The notes under the pieces are model-generated. The model was not told the origin of the DNA. It did not search any database and saw only the letters and a list, made by a program, of their open reading frames with translations. DNA of 41,843 bases. It comes from an uncultured Methanosarcinales archaeon (GTDB lineage Archaea; Nanobdellota; Nanobdellia; Woesearchaeales; UBA12501). Positions 17,962-27,936 of the stretch are shown here, in pieces. Position 1 is the stretch's first letter. Every line of letters begins with the position of its first letter. Made by a program: the position numbers and the translations under genes. The stretch is from positions 1 through 41,843 of the forward strand of contig CAYNHV010000009.1 of assembly GCA_964397315.1 (NCBI GenBank). Reading direction: 5' to 3'.

Positions 17962-20400
17962 ATGAAAGTAAAGAAAGCAATTAAAGCGATTGCAGCTTTA
18001 GGCGCAGGAATTTCTATGGTCGGAGCCACTCTTATGGGTGCGATGGCAGCAGATCTGTCAAACTACCCGTCTCCGTTCGTGAAGAACGGAACATTTGATG
18101 GCCTGATTGTAGTTGGAGATGACGCAGCTGCACAAGACGTAGTGGGAGCGATTGACGTTGGAGCAAGCCTTCAGTACGCAATGAGGCAGGAAGCCCAGAT
18201 GGGCACAGGACTGCCTGCAGTGACAATAAGTGAAGGAAAGAAGATAGAGAAGACAGGAAACAACCTGAACTATGGTGACTCGTTCTATGACATCATAGAA
18301 GTGCTGGATGACGAGGATCTTCCTGTTATCCTGGCAGACGAGCAATACCAGGACTCAGAAGGAGAGACAACCAACAAGGAGGATTACAAACAGACCCTGA
18401 GATTCTACGACAACACAGGAACCCTAGTGTTTGAGGCTGACGATGATGGTGATGAAGTGGCTGACAACTATCTGTTCTTTGACGACGGAGTGGATGCATA
18501 CAACTACAGCCTTGAGTTTGACAGCTCAGTGGAGTACACCACCACTTCCTCTGACACACCAGCAGAGGATCTTGAGGACACTGTGCTGACAATACAGGGC
18601 AATGAGTACACCATAACAGACATCAAGTATGACACCACCACCTATGCCATAGAGAAGATAACCCTGCTTGCTGGCGAGACAATCATCTGGCTCCAGCAGG
18701 GAAAGACACTGACAAGAAGCATAGGAGGAGCTGAGCACGAGGTTGAAGTCACAGACGTGAACGACAATGAGAACATGTGCGGAGTGTCTGTTGACGGAGA
18801 TGTTGTGTGGATTGATGTAGGACAGACACAGACCATCAACGGAGTCACAATAGGAGTGACAGACGCTGTTGCAGTGCACGCGCAGCTTCAGGACGTTGAC
18901 ATCTGTAAGATCAATGTCGGAGCAACAGAGCTTGTGCTTGAGGATGGCAAGGATGTTGAGATGAATGGTGACGACATTGAGGACAGCAATGTTGAGTTCT
19001 TCGGAAATCTTACAGGAGGAGAGCTTGACGGAATCAGCATCCAGTGGCAGCCAGAGGATGACGAGTACATTGCAGATGGCTCAAGCCTTCAGGATCCTGT
19101 GTTCGGAAACTTTGAGTTCAAGTTTGCAGGGGTGTCCAAGAACACAGAGGAGATGTCTCTGACAACATCAAGCGACGATGCAGAGTTCAAGTTTGTCAAC
19201 AATGACGGAAAAGAAGTGGAGATCCCTTACTTCTACTATGAAGATGATGATCAGATCCACCTTGGAACAGATGACATAGAAGACGGAACCTGTGAGGGAA
19301 TGCTTCTGCTTGAAGGAGAGAACTGCGATCTTGGAGCCGGTTATGACCAGGATGACATTGAGGGAGTGATGTTCCTCCTCATAACATCAGGAGAAGAGGC
19401 TCATGTCATGGAAGTGTCAAAGATTGACGAGGGTGACAGTGAGGTAGACCTTAAGGATCTAACCTACAGCAAGACCTATGACGGCAATGACTACACCAAC
19501 GGTTCGGCGAGCGACATCTCACTGGGCTCACTTGGCACAATACAGCTCACCATTGACACAACAGATGGTCAGTTTACTGCCAATGATGTGGACCTTGGAG
19601 TCGGGCATGCAGAGACAAAGTACGGAGCAAAGCTCTACTTCAACTCTACAGGAGGTAACTCCACAATTGGAACAAATTCAAGCAACACCCAGATAGTGAC
19701 AATTGAAGAGGAAGGAGATGACGACAATGAGATGAACTGGTCACTTACCCTGCGTTATGACAGTGGTACAGATGACCAGCTGGAGATAAAAGCTCCAGTA
19801 ATAACCGACGTGAACGCCGCAGGAAACCACTACACCAATGAGGGAGTGTCTGCAAGTGACTCAGACGATGACAACAAGTACTATGTCACTGAATGGGGTA
19901 CACTGGCGCTGTACGACTCTGACAACGACGATGACCTCACCATCTGGTATCCGGATGAGCAGGCATACGGCAACGCATTCGTTGCTCCAGTCGGAGCTCA
20001 GATCAGCGGAAGCAGCGGTGAAGTGTCAACAGTGACTCTGAACCCAATCAATGTGGGTGCTGCAAAACTGGCCAGCGAGGTTTCAGGCCAGGAGACATCG
20101 CAGAACCTCATTGCAGTGGGCGGACCTTGCATCAACGAGGCTGCAGCAGTCGTAATGGGACTTGAATACCCAGCATGCGGCGCTGACTCCACAATACCAG
20201 AGAACAAGGCTATCGTTAAGCTCTATGAGAACGATGGCAATGTTGCAATGGTAATTGCTGGATGGGAAGCCCAGGATACAAGGCTTGCAACAACTGTTGT
20301 CGCTGACTACACTGAGTATGCAGACAAGCTTACCGGAAGCGAGGTTGTCGTGGAAGGAACAAGCGTGTCTGACATAACAGTTAGCGCACCAAGCGAGTAG
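17962..20400 (+). CDS. S-layer protein
   Basis: Signal peptide, ADLSNYPSPF, VVGDDAAAQDVVGAID, C-terminal NLIAVGGPCIN...IAGWEAQDT; very acidic; N-x-S/T sequons; GGAGGTG RBS. Confidence 0.92.
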   Translation: MKVKKAIKAIAALGAGISMVGATLMGAMAADLSNYPSPFVKNGTFDGLIVVGDDAAAQDVVGAIDVGASLQYAMRQEAQMGTGLPAVTISEGKKIEKTGNNLNYGDSFYDIIEVLDDEDLPVILADEQYQDSEGETTNKEDYKQTLRFYDNTGTLVFEADDDGDEVADNYLFFDDGVDAYNYSLEFDSSVEYTTTSSDTPAEDLEDTVLTIQGNEYTITDIKYDTTTYAIEKITLLAGETIIWLQQGKTLTRSIGGAEHEVEVTDVNDNENMCGVSVDGDVVWIDVGQTQTINGVTIGVTDAVAVHAQLQDVDICKINVGATELVLEDGKDVEMNGDDIEDSNVEFFGNLTGGELDGISIQWQPEDDEYIADGSSLQDPVFGNFEFKFAGVSKNTEEMSLTTSSDDAEFKFVNNDGKEVEIPYFYYEDDDQIHLGTDDIEDGTCEGMLLLEGENCDLGAGYDQDDIEGVMFLLITSGEEAHVMEVSKIDEGDSEVDLKDLTYSKTYDGNDYTNGSASDISLGSLGTIQLTIDTTDGQFTANDVDLGVGHAETKYGAKLYFNSTGGNSTIGTNSSNTQIVTIEEEGDDDNEMNWSLTLRYDSGTDDQLEIKAPVITDVNAAGNHYTNEGVSASDSDDDNKYYVTEWGTLALYDSDNDDDLTIWYPDEQAYGNAFVAPVGAQISGSSGEVSTVTLNPINVGAAKLASEVSGQETSQNLIAVGGPCINEAAAVVMGLEYPACGADSTIPENKAIVKLYENDGNVAMVIAGWEAQDTRLATTVVADYTEYADKLTGSEVVVEGTSVSDITVSAPSE

Positions 20401-20409
20401 ACAGCCTAA

Positions 20410-20438
20410 ATTTTTCTTTTTCTTTTTTTCTTTTTCTT
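20410..20438 (+). terminator. Oligo-T archaeal terminator
   Basis: Runs of TTTTTC directly after the S-layer stop. Confidence 0.7.
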
Positions 20439-20569
20439 CCATAATTGGGTTATAGAGATATGAAATATCCCCCCTGCTTTGCGCTATCACATGATACAGC
20501 CTTCAAGGGGAAACATTTAAATAGAAGTTCATATACCTATATAATTGTATATGATTATGAGGATTCATA

Positions 20570-20770
20570 ATGATTATAAAAGTCACAATTCACGCCAAAG
20601 AAAGAATGGCAAAGAATGCCATAACAAAAGACATGATAAAAAGAGCAATCAAGGAAGGCGCCAGGCAAAGACAGACAGACGGCTTTTTGGCATCATATTC
20701 CTATTTTAAGGTTGCTTACAAGAAAATAGGGGAAGACGCATACAAAATAAAGACTGTTTTCATAAAATAA
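20570..20770 (+). CDS. DUF4258-like toxin candidate
   Basis: TIHAKERM...IKTVF. Confidence 0.75.
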   Translation: MIIKVTIHAKERMAKNAITKDMIKRAIKEGARQRQTDGFLASYSYFKVAYKKIGEDAYKIKTVFIK

Positions 20771-20779
20771 GGTGGTAAA

Positions 20780-21112
20780 ATGAAGCAAACAAAATGCGAG
20801 GAATGCGGAGGAAAAATAACAAACAAGAAAGTGGACTTCAGCCTCTACGGCCAGAGCCTTGGGAAGTTTCCTGCTGAGGTGTGCTCTAAATGCGGAGAAA
20901 CGTGCTTTTCAGAGGAGGTCAGCGACCAGATAGACAGGATTGCAAAGGAAAAAGGATTATGGGGCCTGGACTTGAGGACAAAGGTCTCAAAAGCAGGAGA
21001 CAGCCTGATGATAAGGATAAACAAGAAGATAGCTGATTTCATGGACCTGCACAAGGGAGAGGAAGTGCGCCTGCATCCAAAAAACAAGAGAAAGCTGATC
21101 ATAGAAATCTGA
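20780..21112 (+). CDS. YgiT-type Zn-ribbon plus AbrB antitoxin-like protein
   Basis: CEECGG...AEVCSKCGE, then GDSLMIRINKKIA. Confidence 0.8.
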   Translation: MKQTKCEECGGKITNKKVDFSLYGQSLGKFPAEVCSKCGETCFSEEVSDQIDRIAKEKGLWGLDLRTKVSKAGDSLMIRINKKIADFMDLHKGEEVRLHPKNKRKLIIEI

Positions 21113-21213
21113 CATGACAGTTAGCGCACCAAGCGAGTAGACAGCCTAAATTTTTCTTTTTCTTCCCCAATCCCAGGATAATATTTATAAATAAGGGCAA
21201 CTCTGTTCCGGAA

Positions 21214-21813
21214 ATGACAGCAGGATATGAAATAAAGGGTGGCTTGATAATAATCAAGAGGGAGCTTACAGAGCTGGACCTGTTTCTCAGGGACTTCATT
21301 AATGTCCTGAAAAAGCACTGTGATTACCTTGTAGTAAGCGGGTTTGTCAGCATATCAACAGGAAGGGCAAGAGGAACAGAGGATATTGATGTACTGGCTC
21401 AAAAGCCCAAGAAAGAGAAATTCGCCGGACTGTTCAGGGACCTGACAGAGAACAGCTTCTGGTGCTATCAGGGAGATTCTGCTGAGAATGTTTTTGCCTA
21501 TATTGACAGGATGATTCCTGTAAGATTCGCAAGAAAGGGCGAAATGTTCCCAAATGCCGAGCTGATCCCAATAGATGAGAGCAAGAAAGCGCAGTTTTTT
21601 GAGTTCAGCCATCCGCAGAGGATAAGAATCATGGATTTTGAGTTCAAGATACCGCCTCTTGAATTTGAGATACTGTACAAGGAGATGGCACTGGGAGGAA
21701 AAAAGGATATTGAGGATGCATGGCACCTGAGAACATTCTTTTATGACATCCTGAAAGAGGATAGATTCAGGGAATACAAGGCCATAATAGGAGGGAGCTA
21801 TGACAAAACCTGA
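21214..21813 (+). CDS. Nucleotidyltransferase-fold protein (type IV TA-like)
   Basis: VSGFVSI.TGRARGTEDID and YK..LG.KKDIEDA. Confidence 0.7.
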   Translation: MTAGYEIKGGLIIIKRELTELDLFLRDFINVLKKHCDYLVVSGFVSISTGRARGTEDIDVLAQKPKKEKFAGLFRDLTENSFWCYQGDSAENVFAYIDRMIPVRFARKGEMFPNAELIPIDESKKAQFFEFSHPQRIRIMDFEFKIPPLEFEILYKEMALGGKKDIEDAWHLRTFFYDILKEDRFREYKAIIGGSYDKT

Positions 21814-22012
21814 AACAGACCTGGATTATGTGGAGCTGTACGCGAAAATGCTGAGAGAGGACAACAGCCTGTTCAAACAGCAGAAAAAGCTTATAGAGTC
21901 ACAGCTCAAGAGCAGCTCCTCCCTTTTCAGGAAGATGTTCGGAAAAAAGGATTTCAAGAGAAATGCCAGGGAATACCTGAAGAAAAGCAGAAACATGCCT
22001 GTTCTTCAATAA
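21800..22012 (+). CDS. Small partner protein
   Basis: Overlaps the NTase stop; GGAGG RBS. Confidence 0.6.
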   Translation: MTKPETDLDYVELYAKMLREDNSLFKQQKKLIESQLKSSSSLFRKMFGKKDFKRNAREYLKKSRNMPVLQ

Positions 22013-22079
22013 TGAACATCAGAGATTAAATATTAGCTCATTTAGTGAACTGTTCATGATAAGCAACAGAAATATCCCC

Positions 22080-23279
22080 TCACGCCATCTCTCCTGTGAA
22101 CAGGTTATGCTTTGCAGTGAGTATCCTCGCCTTAATCCTCCTGCCAGGCCTTTCTGCGCAGTTGAACACAACAATACTCCTCTGCCCTGCAGCAGCAATC
22201 ATCTCCTTTCCCTTTCTTCCCCTGCACATGACCTCTGCTGTCACAGTATCACCTTTCCTGAAGGGCATCGGCAGCTCTCTTGTCCTTGCAGGCTCTTTCA
22301 TGACTTCGTGCCCCAGCTTAATGCCGTGCTTCTCCCCCCACTCCCTGAGCTTCTCATAGAACTCATCCCATGAGGCCTCCTTTGCTGGCTTCCTGCCCCT
22401 CTTGTGGGAGGTGAACTTCTGGATTCCAATGCCGCAGCCGAGCTTCCTGGCAAGCATTATCAGCTCCTCAACATCATTATCATTAACACCCCTGAGCCAC
22501 ACAGGGGCTATGACAACATCCATCTTCTTTGAGGCATGCTCTGCCATTCTCTTAACATGCCCTGAATCATATGCATTGCCTGACAGCTCCCTCCCCCTCT
22601 CCCTGTCCAGGGTGTTGATGGAGATGTTTATCTGGGAAATGCCCGCCTGTGCAAGCCTGTCAATCAGCTTCTCTGAAAGCATCATGCCGTTTGTCATCAT
22701 TGACACAAGACCAACCCACTTGATTCCAGCTATCCTCCTGACCAGGGAGACAATGCCAGAGTACAGAAGCGGCTCTCCATGAGGGTTTATGAAAACCTTC
22801 ATGCCCCTGCAGGCCTTGAACTCAAGCAGCTTTTCCAGCTCCTCAACAAGATAGTCCTCCTCAACAACATAATCTGTCATTCCAGGGTATAAGCCCTCCC
22901 CCACAGAGCAGAATACGCAGCTGATATTGCAGCCTGTTACTGGCTTGACCTCAATCATGTCAGAGCCCTTGTCAACTATGCCAAAGTAAAGCGCGCCAAT
23001 GAGAGGTATTCCCGAGTTCCTGTGGATGTAGACAGCTTTCCTTCCATTGAGCCTGTTCTTCAGCCTGTGAAGGCGGCCTGCCAGGAGCCTGTTGAACTTC
23101 CTCTCAAGCTCATCCTCTCCAGCCCCATCCACCTCAATGTAGCTTCTCCCCACAGTGAAGCCCTGCTCCCAGGGCAGCTCATCAAGAGGCATGTCAAGCT
23201 CAAAAAGCCCCATGAGCCTTATTTTAAGGATGTCTCCTGCCTTTTCCAGCTCCAGATTCTCAAACTCCAGCCTTGCCAT
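22080..23279 (-). CDS. Radical SAM protein with C-terminal TRAM domain
   Basis: GCNISCVFC (CxxxCxxC), GEPLLY, TNG; start MARLEF. Confidence 0.9.
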   Translation of the reverse strand: MARLEFENLELEKAGDILKIRLMGLFELDMPLDELPWEQGFTVGRSYIEVDGAGEDELERKFNRLLAGRLHRLKNRLNGRKAVYIHRNSGIPLIGALYFGIVDKGSDMIEVKPVTGCNISCVFCSVGEGLYPGMTDYVVEEDYLVEELEKLLEFKACRGMKVFINPHGEPLLYSGIVSLVRRIAGIKWVGLVSMMTNGMMLSEKLIDRLAQAGISQINISINTLDRERGRELSGNAYDSGHVKRMAEHASKKMDVVIAPVWLRGVNDNDVEELIMLARKLGCGIGIQKFTSHKRGRKPAKEASWDEFYEKLREWGEKHGIKLGHEVMKEPARTRELPMPFRKGDTVTAEVMCRGRKGKEMIAAAGQRSIVVFNCAERPGRRIKARILTAKHNLFTGEMA

Positions 23280-23361
23280 GGCCCGGGAATTGGCAGGCTC
23301 ATTTAAAACGTTTTCCTGCCCCTGCAATAAATTTAAATATAAGATAACCAATCTTGAGCAT

Positions 23362-24180
23362 ATGGGGGATGACCAGTTAAGCCAGGAGGAAGAGGACTCA
23401 AAAGAGGTGGCTATCACGTATGACACCCTGTTTGAGCTTCTCAGAAGAGAGAAGAGCAGGGACGAGCTGCAGGAGCTCCAGCCCACCTTCTTCAGGGATG
23501 TCATAAAATACCTTGAGAGCAAGAATAACATACTCTCAAGCCAGAAGAGCGAGCTCTTTGCCACAGACGAGAAAGAGAAGACCCTTATAGAGCTTCAGAA
23601 CATAAAGAAGATACTCAGGGAGCTCTATGACAGAAGGGAGAAGAAGATAATAACCCTTGCAATAAACAAGGCAAGGACAAGCAGCAGCCTTATAGACACC
23701 TCAGCCCTTCTTAAGGAGGAGAAAGGCATTTTTGAGTCATTATGCAGGATTCTGGAGTCATACAGGAATAGCGTGCTTGAGAACGTGATTGAGGCAAGGC
23801 CCCCAGAGGCAGCTCAGGAGGAATCCAAGGGGGACTCTCCTGCAGCAAAAGGGGGCAGCGCAGATGCAGAGACTCAGGAGACACAACCTCACGCCTCACA
23901 AGCAGAGGATGATGAGCAAGCCAGGGAGGAGACAGGCCAGCAAGGGCAAGCTTTAAATACTAGTTCTGAAGAGCAAAAAAAAGGGGCAGAGAAGCCTGAC
24001 AAGGTCAAGGTGAGGTTTTTAAGCCCTGTTCCCCAGTTTGTCGGGCCTGAGCTTGAGGTTTACGGCCCTTTTGAAGAGGAGGAGACTGCAGAACTGCCGA
24101 GGGAGATTGTCAATGTGCTCCTTGAGAAAGGCAGGGCAGTCACTTGCGACAGTGACGACACAAACGAAAGCGGGGAGTGA
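23362..24180 (+). CDS. GINS subunit (Gins51/15-type) with long acidic linker
   Basis: TYDTL...EKS..ELQEL..., RREKKII..A; C-terminal VGPELEVYGPF B-domain; upstream of rpl44e-rps27e as in the conserved archaeal cluster. Confidence 0.85.
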   Translation: MGDDQLSQEEEDSKEVAITYDTLFELLRREKSRDELQELQPTFFRDVIKYLESKNNILSSQKSELFATDEKEKTLIELQNIKKILRELYDRREKKIITLAINKARTSSSLIDTSALLKEEKGIFESLCRILESYRNSVLENVIEARPPEAAQEESKGDSPAAKGGSADAETQETQPHASQAEDDEQAREETGQQGQALNTSSEEQKKGAEKPDKVKVRFLSPVPQFVGPELEVYGPFEEEETAELPREIVNVLLEKGRAVTCDSDDTNESGE

Positions 24181-24210
24181 GAAGCTGATAATAATACAGA
24201 GTGATTTGAG

Positions 24211-24519
24211 ATGAAACTTCCAAAGGCAACAAAAAGGTACTGCCCCTACTGCAGGAAACACACCCAGCACAGCATAAAGCAGTCAAAGAAGAAGGGCAGG
24301 AGCGCGCTTACATACGGCGCAAAGCAGAGGGCTAAGAAGAGAGGAGCTGCAAGAGGGTTCGGCAGCCTGGGAAGGTACTCAAAGCCGGCAATCTCAGGCT
24401 GGAAGATGACAGGCAAGAAGTCAACTAAAAAGACAGATCTAAGGTATGCCTGCAATGAGTGCAAGAAGATGCACGTGCAGAAGCAGGGAGTAAGGGCGAA
24501 AAAGGTGGAGTTCGCATGA
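24211..24519 (+). CDS. rpl44e: 50S ribosomal protein L44e
   Basis: RYCPYCRKHT, K.TKK.DLRY.C.EC. Confidence 0.97.
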   Translation: MKLPKATKRYCPYCRKHTQHSIKQSKKKGRSALTYGAKQRAKKRGAARGFGSLGRYSKPAISGWKMTGKKSTKKTDLRYACNECKKMHVQKQGVRAKKVEFA

Positions 24520-24529
24520 TGGTGAGATA

Positions 24530-24712
24530 ATGACAGCAAAAGAGCCGACCTCAAAATTCATCAAGGTAAGATGCCCGAAATGCAAGAATGAGCAGATAAT
24601 CTTCGGCAAGGCCTCAAACACAGTCAGCTGCCTGGTCTGCAGCAAGCCGATAGCAGAGCCAACAGGCGGCAAGGCAAGAGTCAGGGCAAGGATTCTTGAA
24701 GTTCTTGAGTGA
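24530..24712 (+). CDS. rps27e: 30S ribosomal protein S27e
   Basis: SKFIKVRCPKCKNEQ...CLVC...PTGGKA. Confidence 0.97.
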   Translation: MTAKEPTSKFIKVRCPKCKNEQIIFGKASNTVSCLVCSKPIAEPTGGKARVRARILEVLE

Positions 24713-24769
24713 CGAGATATACAGGCGGGGAATCCTCCGGATTTCTGATATTATATTGGCCCTCCATAT

Positions 24770-25300
24770 ATTGCAACTGCCCTGTTTGTGAGTTCTAAGA
24801 ATGATTTCATTGTAAAAATGGAAATTCATCCAGACTTAACCACCAGAAGCATTACTCAGTTCACGCGCAGGCGGGATTAAGCGCAGCGAAATTCTACAAA
24901 AAGCGCGCTTTAAGCGTTCAAGCACCATGATTAAGGATCTCCTATGCATATCTTGGTTAATCCAGAGTTCTCCACCGCCCCGGTCGCACTTACATCTGGA
25001 TAAGACCCGCCCCCCGTCCCCCTCACACATGCTTAGCGCACCAACTCCACAGAGCGCTTTAAGCATATTACTGGGCGGGCTTATTGGTGGAAGAATGAGT
25101 AAGTTGTGCAGACTTAGAAGGTGTAAACCCACCTTCTGGTTCTGGAGTAAGGGAGGGAAGTACCATGAAAGACCACAAAAAACATAGCTTCCAAAAGGGA
25201 AGCACCAGGCATAACAATCATAAACTCAATATTCCCAAGGAAACACCAGAAATTATTAAGGTAATAAACTTAAGAAAACAAGCACCAGAACTACAAAACC
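24770..25300 (+). repeat. Repeat family R, locus 3
   Basis: ATGCTTAGCGCACCAACTCCACAGAGCGCTTTAAGCATAT core at ~25029; left arm shared with locus 4. Confidence 0.85.
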
Positions 25301-26125
25301 CTACTTGCCCTGCTTCACCCTCTCCTCAACTATCCTCTTCATCTCCTTGACAAAGTCCTCTGCGTCAGCAAGGTGCCTGCTGTACTGCTCTCCTGTTATC
25401 TCCTTTATCTCCCTGTGGGTTATCTTTCTTGAGAGGTCGTAGAAGTTCCTCATTATCTGGACGTACTTGGGGGATGTTTTCCCCTGCGGAACGAGCTTGT
25501 CCTGCATAAGGTCAGCAACGTGCTCAGGCGTGGGAGGCACCTCTCCTGACTTCATGAGTGCTGCATGGGCGGAATCTATCACAGCCCAGTAAAGGTCAAG
25601 GGATGCCTGAAGAACGTGCCACTTGGAGTTTGTTATTGTTGCAGGGGCCCTGGTGAAGTAGTTCCACACTGCTTCTGCAGTGGGCCTTATCCTGCCCTGC
25701 TTCAGCAGTGTCTGCATGGGGTCAAAGAAGCCGGTGTCAAGCAGGCTTGTTCCATCCCGCAGTATGTTTATTGCAACAGGATCCCCCATCCTTATGTACT
25801 CCCAGAAGGAGGTGAGCTTCAGTGTTGTGACGTGAAGCCTCAGTGACACATCCCTTATTATCTTCTGCTGTATTATCCTGTAGGTCTCTGCTACCTCCGG
25901 AGTTACTGATATTGAGAGGTCGTCAACGAGAATGAGTATGTCTATGTCCCCTCCTGATGATTTCTTTCTGGTTATTGAGCCGAACATGGCTATTGTCTTG
26001 ACAAAAGAGCCGAATTCCTTGTAAGCGCGCTTGGCGAACTTGTAGGCAATGTCAACCTCCTCCCTGCCGTACTTCTCTATGTTCTCCTTCGGCTTTTTCT
26101 TGACTTCAAAATCCAATATTAACAC
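25301..26125 (-). CDS. MNT-HEPN-like fusion protein
   Basis: MFGS...GDIDILILVDD; helical C-terminal domain with RKITH and DAEDFV. Confidence 0.75.
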   Translation of the reverse strand: MLILDFEVKKKPKENIEKYGREEVDIAYKFAKRAYKEFGSFVKTIAMFGSITRKKSSGGDIDILILVDDLSISVTPEVAETYRIIQQKIIRDVSLRLHVTTLKLTSFWEYIRMGDPVAINILRDGTSLLDTGFFDPMQTLLKQGRIRPTAEAVWNYFTRAPATITNSKWHVLQASLDLYWAVIDSAHAALMKSGEVPPTPEHVADLMQDKLVPQGKTSPKYVQIMRNFYDLSRKITHREIKEITGEQYSRHLADAEDFVKEMKRIVEERVKQGK

Positions 26126-26212
26126 CCCTTTTTAAAGAAGCCTTATTGAATTACATTTATTAAGTTTTGTGACCATTGGAGAATAGGTAATCAGATTTGG
26201 GAAAATTTATTA

Positions 26213-26899
26213 ATGCATGAACCATCTCCAGATGCCATGGCAAAACAGCATGAGAAGCCTGATGACAGCAGGAAAAGAAAGCTTGAGGACAAGGTGAGGC
26301 CTGTTGTTGACGAGGCCCTGCACAAGGTCATGGGCATAACAATTGACGAGATGAGCAGGGACATAACAGAGAAGCTTAACAGGTCGCCTCTTCTTGACTT
26401 TGAGATTGACACAAGCCAGGGGTTCAGGAAAGCGAAAAAGAAATTCGTTAAAAGCTACCTCCAGAAGCTGCTTAAGATAAACTACGGCAACATATCAGAG
26501 GTCGCGAGAATAGCTGACATTGACAGGCGGTCAGTCCACAGGATGATAAGGGAGAGCAGCATTGATGTTGAGAGGATAAGAAAGGAGATGGCCAGGGCAT
26601 ACGAGATAAGGCAGTCTGCGGTAAACGCAATAATAGAGGATGTCATTGACAATTACAAGACATTCATACACCCCGGAAAGCTGGATGAGGTTTACAGGAA
26701 TGTCTCTGAGTTCTCAAAAGACATACTTGACGTGCTGCCTGAAAAACCGCCCTCTCTCAGGGAAGCAGAGGAGAGATTTGAGAGGGAACTCATAAGAAAG
26801 GCTCTTGCTGAGAACAACGGCAATGTCTCAAGGACAGCCAGGAAGCTGGGCATGAGGTATGAGACCTTGCATAGGAAGATGAAAAGGCTTGGGTTGTGA
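26213..26899 (+). CDS. Protein with two Fis-type HTH domains
   Basis: NYGNISEVARIADIDRRSVHR and NNGNVSRTARKLGMRYETLHRKMK. Confidence 0.8.
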   Translation: MHEPSPDAMAKQHEKPDDSRKRKLEDKVRPVVDEALHKVMGITIDEMSRDITEKLNRSPLLDFEIDTSQGFRKAKKKFVKSYLQKLLKINYGNISEVARIADIDRRSVHRMIRESSIDVERIRKEMARAYEIRQSAVNAIIEDVIDNYKTFIHPGKLDEVYRNVSEFSKDILDVLPEKPPSLREAEERFERELIRKALAENNGNVSRTARKLGMRYETLHRKMKRLGL

Positions 26900-27060
26900 G
26901 ATTTACAGATTCAGCATAATATTCTCTAACCCCTGTTTTTATCCAAAAACAACTGTTATTTAAATATGTCAGTCAATCCATATTATGACTTTTTTGTCAC
27001 ACTATCCTATACTGGCCTTCAGATGTCTTTATAAAGCCTCTCTGCTTGTATAACCACTGT

Positions 27061-27936
27061 ATGACTTATTCACCCCAATTCCCGGGCTATAATTGCTCAG
27101 GATGCAATACAGGGTACATAACAGAGCAGGGTAACCCCGGCTACTCCTCAATAGACTCAGTAATATCCTCTTACACAGGCCCTCCTGCAAGCTGCATGGA
27201 GGCTGCTGTGCAGCAGTATGAGCCTGTCCTGCAATTTAAAGAGAATAGCGGCAACAGTTACGGCATTTCCGAAAGCATCAGCTCAGCAGCGTATACAGGC
27301 CAGGCACAAGGCTATTCAAGCAGACATGAGTTAAGAAACTCAATTGCTGACACATTCACCCCCAATCTCTTCCTCAACAGGGACAGGCCTGCATCTCCTT
27401 TCATAGGCTCGTCAGAGGAAGTGAAGCATTACATAAAAGACGCGTTTGAGAAGACAACAGGAAAAGCATTCCCTGATAATATCCTGATACGGGTTGTTGA
27501 CACTCACGAGCTCAGGCAGCTGCATGAGGAGTTCGGCGGGCAGTGGAATCCCGGAATTCAGGGATTCTCAATAAACAAGAAAGGGTTTGGCCAGAGCATT
27601 ATAGTCTGCAGGGAGAATGATCTTGACAGGCTGCTTGTCACAATAGGCCATGAGATAGGCCACGTAATAGAGTTTCCCCTCTCAGGAAAGCTTGATGAGG
27701 AGGCAAAGGCATTTGCATTTGAGATGGCATGGCTCAAGGCCCTGCACGAGCACAACATAGGGGGTCTGAAGAGGTCAATAAATCCTGATCCAGAGCCTGC
27801 AAGGAACGGCCTGCATGACGTGGCATTCAGGTTTGTCAAGAAGCAGCTCCTTCTTGGAAGGGACTGCTTTGAGCTGATAAAGGATCTCATGTCAAACATC
27901 ATCAGGGTTGAGGGTGAGAATGATGTACTGCAGTAG
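27061..27936 (+). CDS. HExxH zincin-like metallopeptidase with S/Y-rich N-terminal tail
   Basis: TIGHEIGHV...EEAKAFAF (ImmA/IrrE-like spacing). Confidence 0.75.
   Translation: MTYSPQFPGYNCSGCNTGYITEQGNPGYSSIDSVISSYTGPPASCMEAAVQQYEPVLQFKENSGNSYGISESISSAAYTGQAQGYSSRHELRNSIADTFTPNLFLNRDRPASPFIGSSEEVKHYIKDAFEKTTGKAFPDNILIRVVDTHELRQLHEEFGGQWNPGIQGFSINKKGFGQSIIVCRENDLDRLLVTIGHEIGHVIEFPLSGKLDEEAKAFAFEMAWLKALHEHNIGGLKRSINPDPEPARNGLHDVAFRFVKKQLLLGRDCFELIKDLMSNIIRVEGENDVLQ

Larger units (their letters stand above)
20368..21164 (+). mobile_element. Putative integrated TA micro-cassette bounded by 57-bp direct repeats
   Basis: 20368-20424 matches 21108-21164 with 1 mismatch; repeat is the S-layer 3' end plus the terminator start. 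Confidence 0.65.

Noticed and set aside
23155..23564. Long overlapping N-termini of ORFs 22080-23564 and 23155-24180
   Set aside because: Antisense shadows; probable starts are 23279 and 23362 around a shared TTTAAA promoter region
24836..25187. ORFs in R repeats (also 8057-8278, 31965-32414, 32015-32266) as a protein family
   Set aside because: Similarity appears on both strands and stop positions differ between copies (ATA TGA at loci 1 and 5), as expected for non-coding repeats
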